Of a DNA stretch of 64,000 nt, positions 46,223 through 55,436 are shown one piece after another. Source of the DNA: Escherichia phage DCP548; sequence record PQ671645.1; one strand, given 5' to 3'. The notes beneath the pieces were generated by a model. It ran no database searches. It worked only from the letters and a program-made list of their open reading frames with translations, and was not told where the DNA came from. The translations under genes and the position numbers were made by a program. How positions within the stretch are numbered: the first letter of the stretch is position 1; the number at the start of each line of letters is the position of its first letter.

Positions 46223-46436
46223 AAGGAATTTCCTCATAGGTGGCAAGGTCATATTCGACCAATTGGATAGGCTCATTAATACCATATCCGCGTACAGTGA
46301 TATCGGTTGACGGATATTTTCCAGTAATATCACCCGTTCTAAATGCTTCAATGAATGATTGCTCGCCTGAGCAACCAAACCAGGCGGCAAAACATTTTAA
46401 AACATCTTCAGACCCTTCTATAATCAATTTAGCCAT
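46212..46436 (-). CDS. hypothetical protein
   Basis: 74-aa minus ORF. Confidence 0.4.
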   Translation of the reverse strand: MAKLIIEGSEDVLKCFAAWFGCSGEQSFIEAFRTGDITGKYPSTDITVRGYGINEPIQLVEYDLATYEEIPYVD

Positions 46437-46798
46437 TATAGACTCTCAGTAAAGGTACGAGCGATAACGTCGCGCTGCTGTTCCGGAGTCAGAGAGTTAA
46501 AGCGAACTGCATAACCGGATACACGGATGGTCAGCTGCGGATATTTTTCCGGATGCTTAACTGCATCTTCCAGAGTTTCGCGACGCAGAACGTTAACGTT
46601 CAGGTGTTGACCACCTTCAATTTTAACTTTAGGTTGATGTTCAATTTCAATTTCACGAGCATGCAAACCGTAGAAAATTTCCGGGTCTACAATAGCATCT
46701 TCTTTAAAAGTCTTAGAGACAATAATCCGGGCTTGAGTACCGTCTTCAAAATAAATAGTGCCTTTATGTGCACCTTCAAGAATTTGATATGCTTTCAT
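46436..46798 (-). CDS. autonomous glycyl-radical cofactor (GrcA/YfiD-like)
   Basis: 120 aa; C-terminal RVSGYAVRF glycyl-radical motif. Confidence 0.8.
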   Translation of the reverse strand: MKAYQILEGAHKGTIYFEDGTQARIIVSKTFKEDAIVDPEIFYGLHAREIEIEHQPKVKIEGGQHLNVNVLRRETLEDAVKHPEKYPQLTIRVSGYAVRFNSLTPEQQRDVIARTFTESL

Positions 46799-46804
46799 AT
46801 AACC

Positions 46805-47176
46805 TCAATTAGAAAATAAATTTATCCAAGATTTTTCTTTAATCAAAAATGGGTCGGAATTAAACGCCATTAAACTTTGAGTGATTAATCCCTTAAATGG
46901 CCCATCAATAAATTCCATTTTGAAATGCGGAATACTAGTCATCAACTGTGCATTAGGAGCGGTACAAAGAACCTGCTGCCCTGCGAACGGACCTTTAGTC
47001 AAACGATATCGTTTAGGTTTAAAATGGTAAATCTCATAATTTTCTACAAGAGCCCTTTTATTGCATACTGGGCTGCTATAACAATACTCAAAAACTTCAA
47101 TAGTTGTCATCATTGCATTCCAATCACAAAAAATTGAGGACGAGCAATACCACCGATGCAATATTTGCTTTTGCAA
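46805..47176 (-). CDS. hypothetical protein (start probably internal near 47113)
   Basis: 123-aa track ORF overlaps the upstream gene by 67 nt. Confidence 0.4.
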   Translation of the reverse strand: MQKQILHRWYCSSSIFCDWNAMMTTIEVFEYCYSSPVCNKRALVENYEIYHFKPKRYRLTKGPFAGQQVLCTAPNAQLMTSIPHFKMEFIDGPFKGLITQSLMAFNSDPFLIKEKSWINLFSN

Positions 47177-47685
47177 CAGTGTTGGACTGTTTTAATATGG
47201 ATGTCGTAAATCTTATCCATATCAGGAGCTTTAATAGGCTCGTCAATTATGTACAGAATACGAGAAAGTGTTAATCCACGGAATTTATGTCCTTCATTAC
47301 CAATAAAACTACGGACAGAATCAGTAAATAAACGGAATCGAATATCATCGCTAGAATATCGAGAAAATTCTTTTTCAATGTTGCCAGCAGAAATTTTAGC
47401 ATAAGCTGAAGTATTAGAAAGAACAATAACCGTTCCGCCATCATACAACCAATTAGCAGCAAAATTAGTCACAGCAATTGATTTACCGGATTGTCTGCCA
47501 CCGTCTAAACGAAGTGTACAGTACTGCTTGAGTACGTCTTCAAATGGTGGGGCATAACCGTTCTTACAAATTTCTTCTACTCTAGCATCAGAATGGTGTG
47601 TAAAAGCATTCATCAGGGATAGATAAGGTCCAGTTAAAAATGTTCTCATATTATTTCTCTTAAGGTTTGGGCCATTCCGTGGCAC
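47110..47685 (-). CDS. P-loop NTPase-like protein
   Basis: 191 aa; Walker A LDGGRQSGKS, Walker B-like YIIDEP. Confidence 0.5.
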   Translation of the reverse strand: MPRNGPNLKRNNMRTFLTGPYLSLMNAFTHHSDARVEEICKNGYAPPFEDVLKQYCTLRLDGGRQSGKSIAVTNFAANWLYDGGTVIVLSNTSAYAKISAGNIEKEFSRYSSDDIRFRLFTDSVRSFIGNEGHKFRGLTLSRILYIIDEPIKAPDMDKIYDIHIKTVQHCCKSKYCIGGIARPQFFVIGMQ

Positions 47686-47821
47686 ATGTTAGGTCCTTCG
47701 ACTCGCTATGTAAACCCATTACCGCATTGCGCTCGACCTTATTACAGGTTGGAAAAGGTACATCACTCAGAGGACTCGACGTTCATAAGGAGAGGTTGCG
47801 TTTCCCTTTATTAGGCAAGAA

Positions 47822-48151
47822 TTATACTCTAGGCTTTTGAGCTTGTTTGGTATTGGATTCCCATGCGGCTTTGGTAATTTTGTTAGCGGCATAACCAAAG
47901 GCATTAGATAGAACACCTTTAGAGTTGAATACATCCAATCCAATAAGTACACCGGCCGCGTTAAATTTAGGAGCAAAGTATGCATTAGTTTTAGAAAGAG
48001 CTTTTTTCAATTCAGGGTCTTGAACCAAACCATCAAAAACGCCTTTACTATTTACTTTATATGTTACTTTGGGATTTTTACCTTCTTCGATAGCAGCTTT
48101 CTGTTCCGCAGATAATGTAACTTCAGTGATAAACTCTTGATACGTTTTCAT
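47822..48151 (-). CDS. internal head protein (capsid-targeted)
   Basis: N-terminal MKTYQEFITE capsid-targeting leader. Confidence 0.7.
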   Translation of the reverse strand: MKTYQEFITEVTLSAEQKAAIEEGKNPKVTYKVNSKGVFDGLVQDPELKKALSKTNAYFAPKFNAAGVLIGLDVFNSKGVLSNAFGYAANKITKAAWESNTKQAQKPRV

Positions 48152-48176
48152 TTTGTTCCTATTGTTTTAATTTATG

Positions 48177-48491
48177 TTATTCTTTAGGGAAGTTTTTAGA
48201 GTATGCATCATAAAGTTTATTACCAATACGGCGGAAGACTTTAGCTGCAAAACGGTTTTCAGGGTTTTTAATCATGATTTGCATCATGTAAGTTCCTGCA
48301 TCCGAAAGAGCTTCTTCATAGTACCCATTAATTTCTTTAAGAGTCCTACGTTTACCACCAGGACCATCAACAGTAATTTTCCATTTACCTGTAGAAGTGC
48401 GGCTCGGTGGCTCAACTTGTTCAATCCAAATATAACCACCTTCAACGCGTTGGTTGGCGGATTCTGCAATAAATTCTTTATACGTTTTCAT
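48177..48491 (-). CDS. internal head protein (capsid-targeted)
   Basis: N-terminal MKTYKEFIAE leader. Confidence 0.7.
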   Translation of the reverse strand: MKTYKEFIAESANQRVEGGYIWIEQVEPPSRTSTGKWKITVDGPGGKRRTLKEINGYYEEALSDAGTYMMQIMIKNPENRFAAKVFRRIGNKLYDAYSKNFPKE

Positions 48492-48555
48492 TTTTTGTTT
48501 CCTTGTTTGTTTTGATAGAGTAATTATACCATATTAATACTTAAGCGTAAACAAT

Positions 48556-48816
48556 TTAAGCTTTACCGCCAGAAATAATTCCGAAGTTGTTAAAATCGTA
48601 TCCAATATCGTCAACATCTACTTTAGGACTTACTACAACATAAGCAATTTCACTACGTTTTGCATAGGTGTTGATTTCTTTACCATCGCCACCTAAGAAA
48701 GAATACCCATTACGTTTTAATGAGCCAAAGTCTTCCGCATCACCAATGAAAGCTTTAACTTTAAATTTGGGGTCTTTGGCATCTGCTTCAGTGATAAATT
48801 CTTGATACATTTTCAT
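48556..48816 (-). CDS. internal head protein (capsid-targeted)
   Basis: N-terminal MKMYQEFITE leader. Confidence 0.65.
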   Translation of the reverse strand: MKMYQEFITEADAKDPKFKVKAFIGDAEDFGSLKRNGYSFLGGDGKEINTYAKRSEIAYVVVSPKVDVDDIGYDFNNFGIISGGKA

Positions 48817-48822
48817 TTTTCC

Positions 48823-49236
48823 TTAGTAAATTGATTTACCATAGTATTTGTACCAAGTCGGACGTTGAGCAATTTTTTCGTCTAAGCGTGCTTGACTTAT
48901 CGCAATGGACGCTTCGGACGGGACATAATTATTACGAAATTCGGCAGGGATGTCGGAAATATCCTGGACAGTCGTGTCCTTGATTTTGAAACCACGTTTC
49001 AAGCATTCGGCGATTAGCTCGATTTGACGTAAACGTAAAAATTCGAGTTTGTCGTAAAAGAATGTTACGTGACCTGTGCCTAAGATAAATGTTGGAGAGA
49101 TTTTAAAATCCTTGACACGTTTACCATTTTGAACATGTTTACGGACTGCACCAAATACGCGTGGTAATTCACGATACTCGGCCATAAGATGTTGGTCAGT
49201 CAGTTCAGAAACAAGTGTTAAATTGATACGAGTCAT
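48823..49236 (-). CDS. denV: endonuclease V (pyrimidine-dimer DNA glycosylase) DenV
   Basis: Trimmed to ATG at 49236 ([12 protein letters not shown]...[19 protein letters not shown]) with GGAGGA RBS; matches remembered T4 DenV. Confidence 0.92.
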   Translation of the reverse strand: MTRINLTLVSELTDQHLMAEYRELPRVFGAVRKHVQNGKRVKDFKISPTFILGTGHVTFFYDKLEFLRLRQIELIAECLKRGFKIKDTTVQDISDIPAEFRNNYVPSEASIAISQARLDEKIAQRPTWYKYYGKSIY

Positions 49237-49242
49237 AATTTC

Positions 49243-49293
49243 CTCCAAGTAGTTGATGAATGTATAGTATCAAAACCCTTGGAGGAAGTAAAC
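49243..49293 (-). promoter_or_regulatory. early promoter with inverted repeat, upstream of denV
   Basis: Minus GTTTAC at 49293..49288; inverted repeat CTCCAAG/CTTGGAG. Confidence 0.5.
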
Positions 49294-49294
49294 A

Positions 49295-49576
49295 CTATTT
49301 TTCTGAAGCGCCTGAAATATATTTTTCAAGACGTTGTTTCATCAGCGAGCCGTTCTTAGCGATTTCTTCCGGTTTATCGCACATACGTAACAAGGCTTCA
49401 AGCTTAGCGATATCGCTGGTACGTTCAAATTTGCGAGTATCTATCTTACTAGCAAGTTCAGAAATACGTGCTAATAGACTTTCGGCTTCAACCAAAGCTG
49501 CACCTAACTTAGTTGCAAATGTGTCAGTAGCTTCGTTAAGAATAGATTCTGATAAAAATTCACTATATGTTTTCAT
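49295..49576 (-). CDS. internal head protein (capsid-targeted)
   Basis: Trimmed to ATG at 49576 giving [10 protein letters not shown] leader; start overlaps the lysozyme stop. Confidence 0.6.
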   Translation of the reverse strand: MKTYSEFLSESILNEATDTFATKLGAALVEAESLLARISELASKIDTRKFERTSDIAKLEALLRMCDKPEEIAKNGSLMKQRLEKYISGASEK

Positions 49577-50061
49577 ATATACGCTTTCCAAGTTCCTGTT
49601 TTAAATGTTGAGATTACGCGTTTCGCGCGATTAGGTGTCTGACGATACCATTTAGATTGTGCTAGATTTACTGCCGCTTCATCCCAACGTTTCTGTTGAA
49701 GCATACGAAGAGAATTAGTAAAACCAGCGACGCCTGCTACACCCATTTGGAAGACCATATTGACCAATGCACATCGACGAACCGCATCTAAAGAATCATA
49801 TACCGGTTTAAGTTTAACATTACCCAAGATTCCGCGAACAGCTTTATCAACGTCTTCGTTAAATAACTTTTCAGCCTCATCAAGGGTAATTGTACCGTTG
49901 CATTTACGCCCGATCATTCTGTCAAGTTCAGCTTTAGCTACAGCTAAAGACGGGTTCTTTGTTACTAAATGACCTATGCCAATTGTCCAAAAGCCTTCAG
50001 TGTCTTTGTATAAAGTCAGTCTAAGACCTTCGTCATTACGAAGCATTTCAAATATATTCAT
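49573..50061 (-). CDS. e: lysozyme (endolysin), T4 e-type
   Basis: Trimmed to ATG at 50061 ([31 protein letters not shown]...) with GGGAGG RBS; matches remembered T4 lysozyme. Confidence 0.95.
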   Translation of the reverse strand: MNIFEMLRNDEGLRLTLYKDTEGFWTIGIGHLVTKNPSLAVAKAELDRMIGRKCNGTITLDEAEKLFNEDVDKAVRGILGNVKLKPVYDSLDAVRRCALVNMVFQMGVAGVAGFTNSLRMLQQKRWDEAAVNLAQSKWYRQTPNRAKRVISTFKTGTWKAYI

Positions 50062-50095
50062 AATACCTCCCACGTTTATAGGAGGTATTTATTAC

Positions 50096-50554
50096 TTATA
50101 GGATGGTAGTGAGCACCTTATATAATGATTTGCCCATTACATATTCCCACTGAGAAGGTTTAATTAAAGCGAATGCATCAAATTCAGGAATCTGTCGTCC
50201 GTCTGGGAACGTATGATAGGAATTACAAACACTGTTTCTGAATTGCTCGTGCTCTACAGGGATGGTATATAGGAACAGATGAATATTCTTATTGTCTGAG
50301 TAATGATGTTCACCTAGGTCTTTCAGGAAGGCGGGGTCATATTGTGTAAACCCAGTTTCTTCTTCGCATTCACGAATAGCGGCTTCGATAGGAGATTCAC
50401 CGGGCTCGACACGACCTTTAGGAATATCCCAGCGATGAGCTAATGCACCTTTAGGACGAGAACCAGTTACACGCCCCATGAATAATTCTTTATCTTCGGT
50501 AAGGAAAATAATACCAGCTGATAATTCTTTCACTTTATTTTTCTTACTCATCAT
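50096..50554 (-). CDS. nudE: Nudix hydrolase
   Basis: 152 aa; Nudix box GRVEPGESPIEAAIRECEEETGF. Confidence 0.85.
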   Translation of the reverse strand: MMSKKNKVKELSAGIIFLTEDKELFMGRVTGSRPKGALAHRWDIPKGRVEPGESPIEAAIRECEEETGFTQYDPAFLKDLGEHHYSDNKNIHLFLYTIPVEHEQFRNSVCNSYHTFPDGRQIPEFDAFALIKPSQWEYVMGKSLYKVLTTIL

Positions 50555-50795
50555 CTCGGTCCCATGATTTGGCCATTAATTCGGACATAAATTCTTCAAT
50601 GCGCGTTTCTTTAGATGGACTTTCACTATTAGAGACCGCAAGTTTGTAATCTGCAATAGGACAGAACATATCAAGGTCCATATTAAGGTCGTCTTTGATT
50701 TTTTCTTCTGACACATCTTTATCGTATGTGTACAGATAACTATCACATGATTCTGATTTAATGTAAATTGCTATACTCATCTCAAATTCCTGCAT
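50544..50795 (-). CDS. hypothetical acidic protein
   Basis: 83-aa minus ORF. Confidence 0.4.
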   Translation of the reverse strand: MQEFEMSIAIYIKSESCDSYLYTYDKDVSEEKIKDDLNMDLDMFCPIADYKLAVSNSESPSKETRIEEFMSELMAKSWDRDDE

Positions 50796-51268
50796 TCGGT
50801 AATAAAACGTTCAACTTCATTATTCTTGGCTTTTATCTTGTCTTTATGTTCTTGTAAACTACTTTTAATAAGATTAATAATGATGCCTACAGTACCTCCA
50901 CCAATTATACCGCCAATTATACTTACGATAGTAGATGCTAATAAGATAGCAATAATATCAACAAAACCGAAAGAACTCACCTTAGTACTAAAAAACCACA
51001 CTGATGGTACAAATATAATCCATCCTGTTATCCATTGACACTTATTGAAAAACTTTTCAAGCTCAGCTTGAGTTGTTCGTATTACTTCATCGATAGGTTG
51101 ATAACCATTAATATGTCTGTTCACGATAATACCTGCTGGCTGGTCGATTTTAAATTCTTGGCAAATACGTTTCACTAAGTAGGATGGACATCCTGTCCAA
51201 TCCACTGAATAGTACGAAATACCTTCATTGCCGTCGTCAATATTAGACCAATATGTTTTGTTAATCAT
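50777..51268 (-). CDS. membrane protein
   Basis: 163 aa; Gly/Ile-rich TM segments near C-terminus. Confidence 0.45.
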   Translation of the reverse strand: MINKTYWSNIDDGNEGISYYSVDWTGCPSYLVKRICQEFKIDQPAGIIVNRHINGYQPIDEVIRTTQAELEKFFNKCQWITGWIIFVPSVWFFSTKVSSFGFVDIIAILLASTIVSIIGGIIGGGTVGIIINLIKSSLQEHKDKIKAKNNEVERFITECRNLR

Positions 51269-51981
51269 TACCAGCCTTCCATAGGGAATTCCAGATAAAC
51301 TTGAGCGTTGACACGAATTTCGTTGGTAATCTTTTTAACTCGGTCTGTATTACGAGATACACGTCCGAACCAACGCCATCCATTACTAATTGCACGAGAA
51401 CCAGTGTGCCATGTTTGCCAATCAAACTGAAGAAGAGTACGGTCTGGAGCTTCCCATTTCTCTAGTTCGCCTTTTTCGATTTTTTCGAGGACTTCTTTGT
51501 GCCACTGGCGATAGATAAGTTCGCCATCAGGAATCTGACTGAACTCTGCAGTTCCTGTTGCAAAATGAGTAGGACACACATCAGCGTTAACAAGACCAAG
51601 AATATGTTCAGAATGGTAACGAGGGTTGTCATAATCAGGTTGTCCTGCAGTAATAAAGTGTTGACCAACCGGAATATCCGGGCGTGGTACATCATCATGG
51701 TGATAACCTGGGATAGCAGGGTACCAACCGGGCATCAGCATGTGGACTCGTGAATCAAATACAACCTGGTCGGTGTTCCAATCATCAGGCAAGTTCATGA
51801 TGAAGCTGCGAGTAATAGGACCACCGTTATTATAAGCAAATTCTAAACTACAGTTGAAGAACATAGGCTCGTTTTTAATCTGGTCATTTTTAATCGCATG
51901 AGCAAAACCACCTACTGCACGAGCTTGACTATTAAACACTTTAGAACTATTCATATTATTTTCCTCGACATTCTTTAACAA
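51268..51981 (-). CDS. hypothetical protein
   Basis: 237-aa minus ORF; His/Asp-rich stretch GYHHDDVP. Confidence 0.45.
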   Translation of the reverse strand: MLKNVEENNMNSSKVFNSQARAVGGFAHAIKNDQIKNEPMFFNCSLEFAYNNGGPITRSFIMNLPDDWNTDQVVFDSRVHMLMPGWYPAIPGYHHDDVPRPDIPVGQHFITAGQPDYDNPRYHSEHILGLVNADVCPTHFATGTAEFSQIPDGELIYRQWHKEVLEKIEKGELEKWEAPDRTLLQFDWQTWHTGSRAISNGWRWFGRVSRNTDRVKKITNEIRVNAQVYLEFPMEGW

Positions 51982-52261
51982 AATTTTCTAAATCTGTTGA
52001 TTCAATAGCTTTTTTACGAGCTTCAGCGTGTTCTTCTTCAGTTAATCTACGTTTAAACTTGACCCAAACATTATGGTCGAAACCTGTTGTCGCGTATAAT
52101 AACAGAGCACCAACGAATAACAAAAACGGTGATAAAAATACACAACCAGGAACACCGTCCATGCCATAGGCCTTTTGTAATACTGCAACAGAAAGCACAG
52201 CATAAAAAGGTGATGTAAGTATCGTTAAAAGGCCAATTCGGTTGGTTTCGGATAATTTCAT
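51956..52261 (-). CDS. membrane protein
   Basis: Track ORF starts at GTG inside the promoter; trimmed to ATG at 52261 (MKLSETNRIG...) with GGAG RBS. Confidence 0.45.
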   Translation of the reverse strand: MKLSETNRIGLLTILTSPFYAVLSVAVLQKAYGMDGVPGCVFLSPFLLFVGALLLYATTGFDHNVWVKFKRRLTEEEHAEARKKAIESTDLENFVKECRGK

Positions 52262-52280
52262 AATATTCTCCTCATGTTTA

Positions 52281-52318
52281 ATAGGACTACTATAACATAG
52301 TCCTATCAGTTTGTACAC
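52281..52318 (-). promoter_or_regulatory. early promoter with inverted repeat
   Basis: Minus GTGTAC, spacer, TATAGT; inverted repeat ATAGGACTA/TAGTCCTAT. Confidence 0.5.
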
Positions 52319-52519
52319 TTATTTTGACATTTCTTCGATGTCACGACGATACCCATCACGAACTTCACGAAGAGCTTCAAGGCCACACATAGGCTCGATA
52401 CCAGTAATGTGAACTTGATTAATCTGATACTCTACATCTTCTAACTGAGCGAAAACATAACGACGTTCTGCTTCACAACCAGGTTTAGCTTTACCGAAAC
52501 GTTTATTCAAAGTAGTCAT
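52319..52519 (-). CDS. hypothetical small protein
   Basis: Track ORF starts at GTG; trimmed to ATG at 52519 (MTTLNKRF...) with GGAG RBS. Confidence 0.4.
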   Translation of the reverse strand: MTTLNKRFGKAKPGCEAERRYVFAQLEDVEYQINQVHITGIEPMCGLEALREVRDGYRRDIEEMSK

Positions 52520-52547
52520 TTTTATATCTCCATTCACTCATTTGTTT

Positions 52548-52587
52548 TGATAGGTCTATAGTATCAACAACTACAGACCTTGTAAAC
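52548..52587 (-). promoter_or_regulatory. early promoter with inverted repeat
   Basis: Minus GTTTAC at 52587..52582; inverted repeat GGTCTATAGT/ACTACAGACC. Confidence 0.5.
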
Positions 52588-52599
52588 TGTTTTGTGAAA

Positions 52600-53556
52600 T
52601 TATTTGAAAGGTTTTACCATATGAAAGTTTTGTTTGAAACGCTTGACGTAATCGTCGTGTCCTAAGCTTTGGTACATACTTACTACTTTGCTATAATTTT
52701 CCCAAGCGAACTCACGGAACCATCCTGATGTGATTGATGTACAGACCTTTTCAAGGGCCATCATAAAACTATCACGTGGATGGATTTTAAAGTCGTTAGG
52801 AATCTGTGAACGTTCAAGAGCTAATACACAAGCTTCTTCATATACACCGGCTAATTTGACCATTTCTGGTAACGATTCGAACTTCTCGCGTGAGGTCATG
52901 ACTTCAGAACCGTCTTTCATATAAAATGTATACGCTGGACGGTCTGTTAGTGCAATGGCTTCATGAATAGTATCATGGTCATACGTATAGATGTCATCTT
53001 TAAAGAACGCACTTTTAGAAGTGTCAAGAACTGGGTGAGCATAGTTCAAGGTTTCTTTCTGGCGTTTTAGCATAATTTCAGTAAGTTCATCGTTCAGTGT
53101 AACACCTTTACCACGAAGATACTGAATATGGTTCATAGTCTTTAAAAAGAATGGATTATTTTTCTTGAAACGATGAGACATCTTAATTGCAAGACATATC
53201 TCAGGAGTTGCCCAATAAAACCCGTTCAAACGGTCTTTAGACAAATTTTTCTTGGCGTATTTTAAAAGGTCATAAGAAGACGTGAAATCTTCAGGAGTGA
53301 GTTCACCGACTAATTCACGGACATTAGTGATTGCCGGAACAATATATGCTTCAAAATGAGTTTCGCGTCCATTATGGAAGCATTTGAAAACTTGGACATC
53401 AGGGTTATCTTGATGAACATATACACCCATCATTTGATTTTTGAATGCATTCCAAGAACCTTGGTCCGCAATAAAGTCCCAATCGCTATTTTTGATAGCG
53501 CTAGAATCAATAAGACCATGATAGTGAAGTGCACGAGAACCAATAACTAACATCAT
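52600..53556 (-). CDS. hypothetical protein, possible nucleotidyltransferase fold
   Basis: 318 aa; N-terminal LVIGSRALHYHG...SDWDF resembles GS ... DxD. Confidence 0.4.
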   Translation of the reverse strand: MMLVIGSRALHYHGLIDSSAIKNSDWDFIADQGSWNAFKNQMMGVYVHQDNPDVQVFKCFHNGRETHFEAYIVPAITNVRELVGELTPEDFTSSYDLLKYAKKNLSKDRLNGFYWATPEICLAIKMSHRFKKNNPFFLKTMNHIQYLRGKGVTLNDELTEIMLKRQKETLNYAHPVLDTSKSAFFKDDIYTYDHDTIHEAIALTDRPAYTFYMKDGSEVMTSREKFESLPEMVKLAGVYEEACVLALERSQIPNDFKIHPRDSFMMALEKVCTSITSGWFREFAWENYSKVVSMYQSLGHDDYVKRFKQNFHMVKPFK

Positions 53557-53580
53557 AATATTTTCCTCGGATTAATTAAC

Positions 53581-53832
53581 TTAAATTTCACGACATGCGA
53601 TATTATATTCATCCCAGAGGTCGTCATGTGAAGCCTCTACCAATGGAACGATTGTACCGTTTATGTCTTCATTATAAGGGCAAATTGTACAGTGCGCATC
53701 TTCGAATCGGATGCCTTTGTGTTCAGATTTTTTATAACGCATATCAAATATCTTTGCAAACTTTTCACGAGTAATAGTTTTAGCAACTACTTCGGTTCCG
53801 ATACTTTCGTAATAAATCATTGTAGACTCCAT
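53581..53832 (-). CDS. hypothetical protein
   Basis: 83-aa minus ORF; early promoter upstream. Confidence 0.45.
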   Translation of the reverse strand: MESTMIYYESIGTEVVAKTITREKFAKIFDMRYKKSEHKGIRFEDAHCTICPYNEDINGTIVPLVEASHDDLWDEYNIACREI

Positions 53833-53842
53833 TTAATTTGAT

Positions 53843-53878
53843 AGGGCTACTATAACATAGCCCTATCTTGTTGTAAAC
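53843..53878 (-). promoter_or_regulatory. early promoter with inverted repeat
   Basis: Minus GTTTAC at 53878..53873; inverted repeat ATAGGGCT/AGCCCTAT. Confidence 0.5.
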
Positions 53879-53882
53879 TGTT

Positions 53883-54080
53883 TTAGCAAGAATAACTAGA
53901 TGATACCCAGCCTTGAACAGTAATACTATTATTTGATAACGAGATTGCGTCCTGGAGATTCAGACCCGCATTATCTTCAATCCACAATGTAACTTCTTCA
54001 CGCTCTTCGGTTGCAATCTGGAACAGGTTTTCCAGGGCAGCTACTGCCGTACGTACAGCACAATCTAATTCACGAGACAT
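53883..54080 (-). CDS. small protein, WVSSSxxC-terminus family
   Basis: 65 aa ending ...QGWVSSSYSC. Confidence 0.45.
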   Translation of the reverse strand: MSRELDCAVRTAVAALENLFQIATEEREEVTLWIEDNAGLNLQDAISLSNNSITVQGWVSSSYSC

Positions 54081-54089
54081 ATGATTTCC

Positions 54090-54362
54090 TTAACAAGTGT
54101 GAGAAGATGCAACCCAACCACCATCTTCAAGGCTCAAGTTGTAGTCGTATTGGTAAACGTCAGCCCATTCAGCATAACCGTTTTTTGTACAACGTTCAAG
54201 ATCGGCTTTAAGATGTCCTGGTGAATGATAGGTTCCACCCATGCCATAAGCTGGATACAAGTCGAATGTTGTGTTTTGTTTATCAGCAATTTCTTTGGCA
54301 GCCTCAATAGCTGCATAGATTTTTGCTACGGCTTCAGCCAGTTCGGTTTGTTCTTTAGACAT
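54090..54362 (-). CDS. small protein, WVSSSxxC-terminus family
   Basis: 90 aa ending ...DGGWVASSHTC. Confidence 0.45.
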   Translation of the reverse strand: MSKEQTELAEAVAKIYAAIEAAKEIADKQNTTFDLYPAYGMGGTYHSPGHLKADLERCTKNGYAEWADVYQYDYNLSLEDGGWVASSHTC

Positions 54363-54371
54363 AATGATTCC

Positions 54372-54677
54372 TTAGCACAACGCAGAAGACGAAACCCAAG
54401 CACCTTCAGTAATAATGTAACCATTACCTTCACGCTTAACATCGCCACCATTATTTTCAATTTCATCTTTCATCCACTGGGATACGATTTCACCCTTAGG
54501 ATAATAAGTACGACCACTACCATAATCACCTACAGAAAATGATACGGCATATTGGTCTGCGATCTTTGTTGCTTCTTCTTCGATACGTTCAGCTTGATTC
54601 AGAAGTTTATAAATTGCATCTGAAGCGGATTTGGCATCATTAAACTCTGGTACTTTAATTTCAATAATCTTACTCAT
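54372..54677 (-). CDS. small protein, WVSSSxxC-terminus family
   Basis: Ends ...EGAWVSSSALC; trimmed to ATG at 54677 (MSKIIEIK...), matching the MS(K/R) starts of its two paralogs. Confidence 0.45.
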   Translation of the reverse strand: MSKIIEIKVPEFNDAKSASDAIYKLLNQAERIEEEATKIADQYAVSFSVGDYGSGRTYYPKGEIVSQWMKDEIENNGGDVKREGNGYIITEGAWVSSSALC

Positions 54678-55032
54678 TTCTACATTCCTTAATAAAGTTT
54701 TCGATTGTTTCATTTTCACGTCTAGCTAGGAGTTCATTATAACTAATCATTTGAGAAGCGTAAACCTTTTTATTTTTCTTGTTATGGTTTATAAAATCGT
54801 AGTAAAAATAGACTACAGTACAAAAGGATGCGATGGATGCAAAGGCTTGGGTATACCTTAAGTCCTGCCATTGGTCTGTGAATCCACCAGTGTTCCCTAT
54901 AAATCCTAACACAACGCCGTCAATAAGAAATCCAACTAATCCAAAGGCAAATCCCATGCCAATACTCATAATAAAAATTAGAATGTTCTCACCAAGAGAA
55001 GGCCATACGGTTAAGAGTTGAGGCTTTTGCAT
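54670..55032 (-). CDS. membrane protein
   Basis: 120 aa; two TM segments; C-terminal ...FIKECRNE. Confidence 0.45.
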   Translation of the reverse strand: MQKPQLLTVWPSLGENILIFIMSIGMGFAFGLVGFLIDGVVLGFIGNTGGFTDQWQDLRYTQAFASIASFCTVVYFYYDFINHNKKNKKVYASQMISYNELLARRENETIENFIKECRNE

Positions 55033-55436
55033 CTTATTTCCTTAACAAATTCCATAGCTTCTTCATATTCATACTTTTTAACAGCTTCATCATACTGAGC
55101 TTGGGCTTTTGCGCACTGAACTTTCCATTCTCTTAATCGGGCTCTGTGATGACGTCCTTGGTACCAATATCCCACCCAGTTAATAGGCATTAATAAAAAC
55201 GGTACAATAAGTGGTGCGACGAACATTAATGAAAATGCTGCATCAGACGATATAACTTTATTGGAATCTAAAATAGCTCCTATAATCATAAAGATTAAAA
55301 ATGCTAAAGCTAAAATAGGACCAAACAACACTTCATTAGGAATTAATTTACGTTTGTATTCGTATGCCCAGGGCTTAATTGGCATGTATAGGGTTGGCTT
55401 TGACATATTCTCTACATTCCATAATAAATTGCTCAA
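55011..55436 (-). CDS. membrane protein (start uncertain)
   Basis: 141-aa track ORF; N-terminus overlaps upstream gene; C-terminal ...FVKEIRCKS resembles neighbours ending FIKECRNE and FVKECRGK. Confidence 0.4.
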   Translation of the reverse strand: MSNLLWNVENMSKPTLYMPIKPWAYEYKRKLIPNEVLFGPILALAFLIFMIIGAILDSNKVISSDAAFSLMFVAPLIVPFLLMPINWVGYWYQGRHHRARLREWKVQCAKAQAQYDEAVKKYEYEEAMEFVKEIRCKSLNS

